From: Myxococcales bacterium
Lineage (GTDB): Bacteria; Myxococcota_A; UBA9042; JABWCM01; BTVJ01
Assembly (NCBI GenBank): GCA_045863395.1
Contig: BTVJ01000042.1
Span: 1-64,000 of the forward strand
Direction: 5' to 3'
Length of the DNA stretch: 64,000 nucleotides
Shown here: positions 18,695 through 27,109 of the stretch, piece by piece
Layout: every line of letters starts with the position of its first letter
Numbering within the stretch: the first letter of the stretch is position 1
Notes under the pieces: model-generated
Database searches by the model: none
Told to the model about the DNA's origin: nothing
What the model saw: the letters and a program-made list of their open reading frames with translations, nothing else
Program-made: the position numbers and the translations under genes

Positions 18695-21600
18695 ATGAGC
18701 GCGGGCGGCAGCAAGACCAAGAGGACCATCCGGCAGCTCGCGCGGTCCCTCGACGTGGACGTGGGGCAGGTGTCGAGGGCCGCCCAGCAGCTCCTCAAGC
18801 TCCCGAGCGGGAGCGCCCGCGACGTCAACTACCTGCTCTCGCCGCACGAGTGCGCTCGGATCACTGAACACCTCCGTCCGGCCGCTCCCCCCACCATGGC
18901 ACCGGAAGAAGAGGCGGCGGAGCCAGCGACGGTGGCCGAGCCGCCGCTCGTCATGCACGTCGACACGCCCGCGGGGTTGGATGACCTGACCTTCGGCAAG
19001 CTCAACCATGGGCTGTGGGTCCACCCGGAGGTGCCCGACGCGCTGCATGAGTTGCCGCTCCGCAAACGCCTGGGCATCGTGCTCCAGCACCTTGGGGCCC
19101 ACGGCCGGACGTCGGTCGTCAAGGGGTGCAGCGACGAGCGGAACAAGGGGTGGCTGCGGTCGCCGCTCGGCGGCAACAACGGGATGCAGTACTACCTGTG
19201 GTGGGCTCCCCAGGGCGGCCGTCCCGTCGCGGCGCTCGACCTTCCGCAGGGAGACATCCTCGTGCGGGCCGTGCGGCACCACGACGACCACGACGCGCTC
19301 GGCGCGGGCACGCTCGGCGACTACCTGCCCTTCCACCAGCGCGAGATGGAGGACGAGAGCCTCGTCGGGCGGCCGTGGACCGACGATCAGCTCCAGTTCG
19401 TGGAGGCCAGTGACCCGGTCCGCGTCGTGCTCGGGCGCCCGGGCTCCGGCAAGACCACGGTGCTCTGGAGGGCTGTCGAGGCGCGCAGCGGTCACCGCGT
19501 GCTCTACCTCACGTGGTCGCGGGACCTGACCCGGTTCGCGCGCGAGCACTTCAGCGCGTTTGCGCCGGAGGGTGTCCACGTCGACGCGCGGGACTTCCTC
19601 TCCTTCCTCGGCGAGATCTGCCGGGCTGATCTCAGGCGCCAGACACTGCACGAGAGTCAGACTGCCTTTCTGCGACTGAACAAGCGGCTGATGGCGAGTG
19701 TCCTCGGTCCTTGGGCGGGCCGGGAGCAGGCCCTGTTCGCCGAGGCGCGGGCGTATCTCATCGGGCGCGCCGTGCCCGGCGAGGGAGGCTGCGAGCCGGG
19801 TGGAGCGCCGCGGCTCTCCGACTCTGCCTACCTCGACCAGCGAGGGCGCGGCACGGGGGTCGGGCGCGCCGCCGCCGAGGCGCTGCTGAAGGCGGTGGGC
19901 TCCCTGGAGAGCGGCGCCCTCGAGGCGGTCTTTCCCGAGCTCATCGGCGCCAGCAGAGCCATCGAGCGCCTGCGCCGTGACGATGTGCCAGCGGGGTTCC
20001 TGGACTTCGACCGTGTCGTCGTGGATGAGGTGCAGGACCTCACGCTGCTCGAGTCTGCGGTGGTCGTGGAGCTGTGCCGGGCCATCGCGCGCAACCGGGG
20101 GCACGCGCCCTGGCTCCTCGCCGCGGGGGACGACGGGCAGACCGTGCGGCCGTCCGGGTTCGACTGGGGGCCCTTCAACGATCTCATCGCCCGGCGCGTG
20201 GGGACCCCGCGGAAGTTCCAGCTCGAGGACAACCTCCGGTGTCCGGCCCGGATCGGCGCCGTCATCGAGCGCGCCTCGGCGCGGTACACGCACCTGGAGA
20301 AGGGCCGCAGACCCACGAAGCAGCGGCACCGATCCGGCGGCCAGCACGTCGAGGCGCACCTGATCCACGTGGACGTGCGGTCCGCCGCGGACGCCGTGGA
20401 GCTGCTCGCGGGCCTGGAGGACGTCGAGGGGGTCGTCGTGCTGTCGCCGCAGAGCGACGGCCCAGCGTGGGTGCCGCCAGACCTGCGAGACGCGGTCCTC
20501 ACGCCCGCCGACGCGAAGGGCCTCGAGTATCAGTCGGTGGTGCTCCTCGACCCGGGCAAGCTCCTGGCTCGGATCGAACCCGGCGCCGTGGACGCGGGGG
20601 CGACGGAGCTCGAGGAGCATGCGCGGCGCACGACCATCGATCAGCTTCGGGTCGCGCTCAGCCGCGCCACCGAGACGCTCGCCTTCGTCGACGTGGAGGC
20701 GAGTGAGACCGAGCGGAGCCTGAGCTGGGCCCTGCTCGACGCCCCCGCTCCGTTCGATCCCGAAGACCTGGCCGAGCACTTCACGGAGCTCGACGCGACG
20801 CCCGAGGAGCGCGTCCTGGCGAGGACCCGCGACGCGCGCGCGCTGATCGACGAGCGACCCGGCCGCGCGTGGCGCCGCGCCTATCAGGCGATGCGCCTGC
20901 TCGGCGACCCGTCGCTCCCGAACGGCGTCGCCACGGAGGCGGTGCGGGTCGAGGCCCTCCGCACGCTGCTCGCGACGGCGGCCCGCCTCCTGGTCGAGGG
21001 CACGCCGGAGGGCGTCAGCCGGCGAGACCTGCTCAGCGCCGCGAAGGAGGCCATCGGGGCGCTCGATGTGCCGGACGAGGCGCACGCGCTCAAGCAGCTC
21101 GACCTCTGGTCCACGAGCGCCGCGACCGCTCCGTTCACCCTGCTGGACGCGACCTTGGGCCTGGGGGAGCGCGGGGAGTGGGTCCGGTCCGCCCTCGCCG
21201 GCGTGGCGCAGTCGGTCCGTCGAACCATCGAGGAGTGCGCCGGCAAGCGGCCGGATGCGAAGGCCTTTGCCGGCGACGTCGGGGCGTGGCTCGCGCTGAC
21301 CGGGTTCGCCGGGGACCCTGCGGCACACGCTCGGGGGCTGCGCTGCACGGCCGCTGACACTCTCTTGGGCGCCTTGGACCTGGACGCGGCCGAGGCGGTG
21401 CTGGCACGGGTCGAGCCGCCGGACCGGGCCCTGATGGGACGGCTGCGGGAGGCTCAGGGTCGCCACGAGGAGGCCGCCGAGACGTTCGAGTCCGCCGGGC
21501 AGGCGAAGGATGCGCTCCGAAACTGGCGCCTGGCGGGACGGTGGGAGCGCGCCATGCCGCTGGCGGATGAGGAGACGCGCGCCGACTTGGCGTGGCTCCA

Positions 21601-21748
21601 GGAGGTCGACGGGATCATGGGGAGGCGACCCGCGGGGCACGAGGGGCGCATGACGCCGCGCGAGGGCCAGCGCCTGCGGGACCTGCTGGCTGGCGCCGGC
21701 GGCCAATCGCCAAGCCCGGCGCGGCCGTCGGGTCGGCGGCGGAGGTAG
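18695..21748 (+). CDS. UvrD/SF1-like helicase with N-terminal accessory domains and C-terminal TPR-like region
   Basis: GRPGSGKTT (I), VVVDEVQD (II), AGDDGQT (III), LEDNLRC (IV), AKGLEY (V), LRVALSRA (VI); helical A/E-rich repeats at the C-terminus. Confidence 0.85.
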   Translation: MSAGGSKTKRTIRQLARSLDVDVGQVSRAAQQLLKLPSGSARDVNYLLSPHECARITEHLRPAAPPTMAPEEEAAEPATVAEPPLVMHVDTPAGLDDLTFGKLNHGLWVHPEVPDALHELPLRKRLGIVLQHLGAHGRTSVVKGCSDERNKGWLRSPLGGNNGMQYYLWWAPQGGRPVAALDLPQGDILVRAVRHHDDHDALGAGTLGDYLPFHQREMEDESLVGRPWTDDQLQFVEASDPVRVVLGRPGSGKTTVLWRAVEARSGHRVLYLTWSRDLTRFAREHFSAFAPEGVHVDARDFLSFLGEICRADLRRQTLHESQTAFLRLNKRLMASVLGPWAGREQALFAEARAYLIGRAVPGEGGCEPGGAPRLSDSAYLDQRGRGTGVGRAAAEALLKAVGSLESGALEAVFPELIGASRAIERLRRDDVPAGFLDFDRVVVDEVQDLTLLESAVVVELCRAIARNRGHAPWLLAAGDDGQTVRPSGFDWGPFNDLIARRVGTPRKFQLEDNLRCPARIGAVIERASARYTHLEKGRRPTKQRHRSGGQHVEAHLIHVDVRSAADAVELLAGLEDVEGVVVLSPQSDGPAWVPPDLRDAVLTPADAKGLEYQSVVLLDPGKLLARIEPGAVDAGATELEEHARRTTIDQLRVALSRATETLAFVDVEASETERSLSWALLDAPAPFDPEDLAEHFTELDATPEERVLARTRDARALIDERPGRAWRRAYQAMRLLGDPSLPNGVATEAVRVEALRTLLATAARLLVEGTPEGVSRRDLLSAAKEAIGALDVPDEAHALKQLDLWSTSAATAPFTLLDATLGLGERGEWVRSALAGVAQSVRRTIEECAGKRPDAKAFAGDVGAWLALTGFAGDPAAHARGLRCTAADTLLGALDLDAAEAVLARVEPPDRALMGRLREAQGRHEEAAETFESAGQAKDALRNWRLAGRWERAMPLADEETRADLAWLQEVDGIMGRRPAGHEGRMTPREGQRLRDLLAGAGGQSPSPARPSGRRRR

Positions 21749-21872
21749 GCTCCAGGGCCTGCCCGCGCGCCGACGACGCTCTGATCTGGAATCGCCGCAA
21801 GGCATGGGGTAAGACACCGCGGTCCGGGCCGTCCCCTGATGCCGGGGTCGGGCCCGGGTCGCGAGGTATGGC

Positions 21873-23243
21873 TTGGCGTTGTTCCCTGTCCAGCGCGGCG
21901 CGGCGCTCCTGACGCTCGCCCTCGGTGCGTCCGCCGTCGCCGCGCCGCGCCCGCCAGCGACCGAGGAGCCGGCGACCGCCCGGGTGATGGCGGACGACGT
22001 CCCCGACCAGTCCTGGGGCCCCGCGAGCGCCGTCCCGGGCCTGGACGTGACGCTGACGGACGGCCTCGACCCGAACCGCATCGAGTTCGCGCTGCTCCCC
22101 GGCGTCTCCGCCAACTCGGACACGGGAGTCGGCTTCGGCGTGCTGGGCACCCTGGCCGGCTTCGAGCCGGACTTCGACCCCTTCCGGTGGCGCCTGGAGC
22201 TGTTCCTCTTCCTCACGCTGAAGGAGGCGCCGGACGGCTCCATCGAGGACCCGTTCCACTACTACTATCTGAAGTACGACTTCCCGGACGTGGCGGGGGA
22301 CTGGCTGCGGTTGAGCGGCGAGGTGAGCTTCAAGCGCTTCTCGACGACGGGCTACTACGGCATGGGCAACGCGACGCGTGAGCTCGACGAGGGGGCGCGG
22401 CTCGCCGACGACGCACCCGAGGGGGCGGACCCGGGCCGGTACTACCAGTACGACCGCATCTTCCCGAAGGCCGAGCTCAACGCGCGCCTGCGGGTGATGG
22501 AGGGCCTGGAGGTGTTCACCGGCGGCTCCTTCACGTGGAACTGGTTCAACTGGTACCCGGGGAGCAAGATCACCGAGGACCTGGACGGACGCAGCGGCGA
22601 GGGCGTGCGCTCCCTGCTCATCGGCGCGACCACCCACGGCGCTGTGCAGGGCATCGTCGGGCTCCTCTTCGACAGCCGCGACCACGAGTACACTCCCCAG
22701 AGCGGCATGCTGCACGAGGTGTCGGTCCTCTCGGGGACTGGCATCGGCGCCGACTTCACCTACGGCCGGGCAAACGCGACCGCGCGCTTCTACCAGGCCA
22801 TCTACGGCGAGTATCTGGTCTTTGCGGCGCGCCTGATGGGCGACGTGCTCTTCGGCGAGGTGCCCTTCTACGAGCTGGCGCGCTTCGGGGGCCTCAACCC
22901 GCGCGACGCCCCAGGGGGCAGCGAGGCGGTGCGCGGCGTGCCCGCCCAGCGCTACCACGGCAAGCTCAAGGTGCTCGCCAACCTGGAGCTGCGCTCCAAG
23001 CTCTGGTCCTTCGAGGTCTTCGACCAGCGCATGAACCTGGGCGTCGTGGCGTTCGGCGACACCGGCCGCGTCTGGACGGACTGGGAGGAGCACCCGGACC
23101 TGGACGGCACGGACGTGGGTCTCAAGGTGGGCACGGGTGGCGGCGTGCGCTTCCAGTGGGGTGAGACCTTCATCGCCCGCATCGACGGGGCGTGGTCCCC
23201 GGACGGGGTGGGCTTCTACGTGGAGGCCTATCACATCTTCTGA
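21873..23243 (+). CDS. BamA/TamA (Omp85) family outer-membrane beta-barrel protein
   Basis: Signal peptide, FDSRD, VRGVPAQRYHG (VRGY-like lid loop), NLELR, FGDTGRV, GGGVRF and a terminal Phe. Confidence 0.8.
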   Translation: MALFPVQRGAALLTLALGASAVAAPRPPATEEPATARVMADDVPDQSWGPASAVPGLDVTLTDGLDPNRIEFALLPGVSANSDTGVGFGVLGTLAGFEPDFDPFRWRLELFLFLTLKEAPDGSIEDPFHYYYLKYDFPDVAGDWLRLSGEVSFKRFSTTGYYGMGNATRELDEGARLADDAPEGADPGRYYQYDRIFPKAELNARLRVMEGLEVFTGGSFTWNWFNWYPGSKITEDLDGRSGEGVRSLLIGATTHGAVQGIVGLLFDSRDHEYTPQSGMLHEVSVLSGTGIGADFTYGRANATARFYQAIYGEYLVFAARLMGDVLFGEVPFYELARFGGLNPRDAPGGSEAVRGVPAQRYHGKLKVLANLELRSKLWSFEVFDQRMNLGVVAFGDTGRVWTDWEEHPDLDGTDVGLKVGTGGGVRFQWGETFIARIDGAWSPDGVGFYVEAYHIF

Positions 23244-23314
23244 GGAGAGGCTCGCCAATGGGCAGGCGCCTCCTCGGCGGTCTGCTCGCCGGCCTCCCAG
23301 ACTTGCCGGACGGG

Positions 23315-24562
23315 TCAGCTCGCCGGGTGCCGCGGCAGCCGCGGGGCGTAGTCCTGGTGGGCGAGGGCGTAGTCGATGAGGTTCTTCACGTCGTAGCAGA
23401 TCTGGCGGATGTCGTGGCCCATGGTGACCTCGACGTGGCTGTTGCCGCGGACCGGGCGCCAGACCAGGTAGTCGCTCTGGACCGCGTCGTAGAGGGCGCG
23501 GGTGCTCTCGATGCCGCTGAAGATGTCCTGGTCGCCGAAGACGATGGTCAGCGGCAGGCGGATGCGCTTGAAGCCCGCCTTGATGTCGTAGCCCGTACGG
23601 TAGCACTTGAGCTCGCGGCGGCGGATCCACTTCGCAAACGTGCGAATCACCGCGACGGGCTCCTTCTCGCAGCCCTGGGCGAGGAGCCACTGGATGTCGT
23701 CCGTGGCCACGTGCTCAGGGTTGAACAGGCGTACCGCGCGGGGGGTGACACGGGGAGTCCACTCGCGGGCGAACACGAGGGAGCGGTAGACGGTGCCGAG
23801 CAGCGTGTCCAGCGGGGCGACGCGGGGGTTGAGCAGCCGGGGCTTCGCGTCGCCGTCGCCGAGCAGCGGCACGCCGGTGCGCGCTGCCACGCGCAGGCGC
23901 TCCTTCTGGTTCCACAGGTGGGTGAGCCCTTGCAGGAGCGGCACGACCCGGTCGGTCTGCGCGACCAGGCGCAGGAGCGCCGACTGGGCCCCGAGATCGG
24001 CTGGCGCGCCGATGGTCGCCATGCACAGCAGGTCGCTGCGCTGGCTGGCCAGGCCGTAGCCGATGATGCCGCCCATGCTGTGGCCGCAGTAGGCGATGCG
24101 GGACCAGCCAGTGATGCGCTTGACCGTCTCGATGGCCGCCGGCACGTCCGAGAGCAGGTAGTCGCCGAAGTCCCACTCATAGCTCAGGTCGAGGGGCAGG
24201 GGACGGAGCAGCTCCTCCGCCTTCCGGCGCTGGAGCGCGACGCTGCTCTTGCCGTGGCCCCGCAGCTCCAGGATGTGGCAGTCGATGCCGAAGTAGAGCA
24301 GGTTCTTGACGAACTCCCCGGCGGTCCAGGCGTGGCGGTTCTGGCTCAGGCCGTGGACCAGCAGGAGCGGCACCCCGAGCAGCGGCTGGTGCCAGGTCTG
24401 CGCGACGGGGCGGTAGCGGGTGATCACCAGGGTCCACCCGTCGGCCGTCAAGACCTCATGCTCCTCCTTCGCGTAGAGGGAGCGGAAGTCCACGTCGTCC
24501 ACCTGGGGGCCGCGGGGGAGGGAGTGGGACACTCGGGGGAACCGCGGTTGCGCTTCGCTCAT
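23315..24562 (-). CDS. Alpha/beta-fold hydrolase (lipase/PhaC-like)
   Basis: LVHGLSQN, ELRGHG, GHSMGG nucleophile elbow, FGDQD and NSHV; ATG after a gagg RBS. Confidence 0.8.
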   Translation of the reverse strand: MSEAQPRFPRVSHSLPRGPQVDDVDFRSLYAKEEHEVLTADGWTLVITRYRPVAQTWHQPLLGVPLLLVHGLSQNRHAWTAGEFVKNLLYFGIDCHILELRGHGKSSVALQRRKAEELLRPLPLDLSYEWDFGDYLLSDVPAAIETVKRITGWSRIAYCGHSMGGIIGYGLASQRSDLLCMATIGAPADLGAQSALLRLVAQTDRVVPLLQGLTHLWNQKERLRVAARTGVPLLGDGDAKPRLLNPRVAPLDTLLGTVYRSLVFAREWTPRVTPRAVRLFNPEHVATDDIQWLLAQGCEKEPVAVIRTFAKWIRRRELKCYRTGYDIKAGFKRIRLPLTIVFGDQDIFSGIESTRALYDAVQSDYLVWRPVRGNSHVEVTMGHDIRQICYDVKNLIDYALAHQDYAPRLPRHPAS

Positions 24563-24711
24563 GCACCCTCCTCGCCGCGTGGTGGCATGCTTCACATCGT
24601 AACTGACGCGCGTGGTGCGGCCAAGGTTACGCAACGAGTGGAGCCGAGGGGGGGGGCAGCGGGTGAGGCCTCGCGCGCCTCGGGAGCGCGCCACGAGCCA
24701 GGGAGCGACGG

Positions 24712-26382
24712 TTACAGGAGGCCCCAGGGCATGAGCGCCAGCGCTGTATCCTGCTGGAGTGCGTCCCAGGCTCCGGGAAGCTCGGCGAGCGCCGCGGCGG
24801 GGTGAGGCGGCACCAGCGGGCCTCGGCCCCCGTGGACCACGTGGACGTCGGCCTCCCGGTCCGCAGGCAACCCGGCCAGCTCCTTGGCCTTCTCGATGGC
24901 CGCGTCGAGCCCGCCCAGGCCATCGACGAGGCCACGCTCCAAGGCCTGGCGGCCGGTCCAGACGCGGCCCCGGGCGACCTCCTCCACCGTGTCCAGATCC
25001 ATGCGGCGCCCCTCGGCGACGTGCCACTTGAAGCGGTCGTAGGTGCGGCGGAGCATGGCGCGCACCTGCTCCCGCTCCTCGTCGTCGAAGGGGTGGTCCG
25101 TCGTGAACAGTCCTGCCATGCGCCCGCGTGAGACCGCCTCCAGGTGGACGCCCAGGCGCTCACGGAGCCCGGCGAGGACCGTCTTGGCCGCGATGACGCC
25201 GATGGACCCCGTCAGGGTCGACGGCTGCGCCATGATGGACCGCGCCGCGGCCGCCGCGTAGTAGCCGCCCGAGGCGGCCACGTCGCCCATCCAGGCGACC
25301 ACGGGGAGGTGGCGGCCGACCCGGGTCACCTCGCGCCAGATCTGCTCGGAGGCGAGGGCCGAGCCCCCCGGCGAGTCGATGAGGAGGACGATGGCGCCGA
25401 CCGTGCGATCACGCGCGGCGGCCCGCAGCGCCTTGACCACGGTCTCTGCGCCCGCCTGCGTGCCCATGAGGGGGAGGGGCACCGGCAGGCGGCGGCTCTG
25501 GCCGGGGATGATCGTGCCGACCAGGGGGACGAGGGCGATGGCGCGGTCCGCCCGGCGGCGCAGCGGGCGCGTCAGGAGGCCCCGTGCCCGGTCCCAGGGA
25601 ACCAGGCGCACCGGGTCTCCGCCCCCGAGCCACGCGGGGAGCTCGTCCTCGTAGAGCACTCCGTCGATGAGGCCGTGATCCATGGCGTGCCGCGCGGGCA
25701 TGGGCGCCTGGTCGATCAGGGCGCGGACCGTGGGCTCGGTGAGCCGCCGCCCATCAGCGATGGCGCCGACCAGGTCGCCCCAGAGGGAGTCCACGAGGGC
25801 CTCGAGCATCTCGCGCTGAGGGGCCGACATGCGGCTGTGGCGCAGGTGATCCGCGGCGCTCTTGTACTCGCCCATGGTCTCCACGTCGAAGGCGACGCCG
25901 CAGCGGTCGAGCAGGTCCTTGAGGAAGGACACCTCCAGGCGCAGGCCGCGCACCTCCAGCTCTGCCCCCTCGGGGGCCGCGATGCGGTCCGCTGCGGTGG
26001 CGACCAGGTAGCTCTGGGCGTCCAGGTGGTCGAGCCACACGACGACCTGCTTGCCCTCGCGCTGCAGGCGCGTGAGCAGCGCTCGGAGGCTCCATGCCTT
26101 GGTGGTCGACAGGTGCAGCCCCGCGAAGCGGAGCACGACGCCCTTCAGGCGCGGGTCGGCGCCGGCGCGGTGGAGGTGGTCGGCGAGGGCCGCGAGGGAG
26201 AGATCCGGGCGCGCCATGCGGAGCACGCGCTGCGTGAGGGGGAGGGGCTCGTCCCGCTCGGGGAGGTGGCCGTTCACCTCCAGGAGCACCCACTCCGCGG
26301 GTGGCGCGAGGCTCAGCGCTGCATTGAGAGCACTGCGCCCGGCGTTGGCGCAGGCGTCCGCCAGAGTGCGGCCGGCGCTCAC
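24712..26382 (-). CDS. sppA: Signal peptide peptidase SppA (protease IV, two S49 domains)
   Basis: GEYKSA, IDSPGGS, AASGGY, TGSIGV, GRVWTG and GLVDGLG. Confidence 0.9.
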   Translation of the reverse strand: MSAGRTLADACANAGRSALNAALSLAPPAEWVLLEVNGHLPERDEPLPLTQRVLRMARPDLSLAALADHLHRAGADPRLKGVVLRFAGLHLSTTKAWSLRALLTRLQREGKQVVVWLDHLDAQSYLVATAADRIAAPEGAELEVRGLRLEVSFLKDLLDRCGVAFDVETMGEYKSAADHLRHSRMSAPQREMLEALVDSLWGDLVGAIADGRRLTEPTVRALIDQAPMPARHAMDHGLIDGVLYEDELPAWLGGGDPVRLVPWDRARGLLTRPLRRRADRAIALVPLVGTIIPGQSRRLPVPLPLMGTQAGAETVVKALRAAARDRTVGAIVLLIDSPGGSALASEQIWREVTRVGRHLPVVAWMGDVAASGGYYAAAAARSIMAQPSTLTGSIGVIAAKTVLAGLRERLGVHLEAVSRGRMAGLFTTDHPFDDEEREQVRAMLRRTYDRFKWHVAEGRRMDLDTVEEVARGRVWTGRQALERGLVDGLGGLDAAIEKAKELAGLPADREADVHVVHGGRGPLVPPHPAAALAELPGAWDALQQDTALALMPWGLL

Positions 26383-27065
26383 AGCGAGGCTCCAGAGCGC
26401 TCCACCACCGCGAGGAAGCTGCGCAGCAGCGCCACGGTGGTCGTCCGCAGCCGCTCATCGACGCCAGCGACGTCCAGCCCCCGGTTCTGCGCGAAGCCTG
26501 CGCGCGCCTCCGGGTGGAACTGCACCGTCAAGATGGGCAACGACTCGTGCTCCAACGCGTCGTGGAGCACCCCATCTCTGTGTCCCACCGTCTGGAACCC
26601 GGGCGGCCGGCGCTTGACCTCCTCCCGGTGGCTGATCAGGGTGCGGACGGCGAGATCGCCAACCAGACGGCTCCCGCTGATGCGGCTCTCCACGATGCCG
26701 ACGTCCTTCTCGTGGTCCGGCCGCAGGAAGCCGACCGCGTCCGCAGCCTGATCGAGCGCCTCGTGAGCCACGAGCTGGTGCCCGAAGCAGATGCCCAGGA
26801 GCGGCGTGGGGAGCGCGCCGGTGACCAGGGGGTGGACCCAGCTCCGAAGGCGCTGGAGCCAGGGCCAGTCGTCATGGACGGAGGCGGCCGACCCGAGGAC
26901 GACCACGCCGTCCCAGTCGTGGGGCGTGTCGGGGCCCGGCCCGTTGCCGCGAAGCGCTGGGTGAAGCACGGTGACCTCCCCGCCGAAGGCCCCGGCGAGC
27001 GTCGCGACACCCTCGTCCTCGGGAGTGTGCATGGACGGGTCGACGATGAGCAGGCGTGGCTTCAC
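26379..27065 (-). CDS. Class I glutamine amidotransferase-like protein
   Basis: LGICFGHQL and QFHPE catalytic triad motifs. GTG start inferred. Confidence 0.85.
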   Translation of the reverse strand: MKPRLLIVDPSMHTPEDEGVATLAGAFGGEVTVLHPALRGNGPGPDTPHDWDGVVVLGSAASVHDDWPWLQRLRSWVHPLVTGALPTPLLGICFGHQLVAHEALDQAADAVGFLRPDHEKDVGIVESRISGSRLVGDLAVRTLISHREEVKRRPPGFQTVGHRDGVLHDALEHESLPILTVQFHPEARAGFAQNRGLDVAGVDERLRTTTVALLRSFLAVVERSGASL

Positions 27066-27109
27066 GGGGACGGCACCAACGAGGCAGAGGGGGGAGCGCC
27101 CTGGGGGCG

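Noticed and set aside
14501..22243. 2580-aa - strand ORF
   Set aside because: Antisense shadow of the SDR-ACP-ACAD-rSAM-helicase genes; no recognisable domains.
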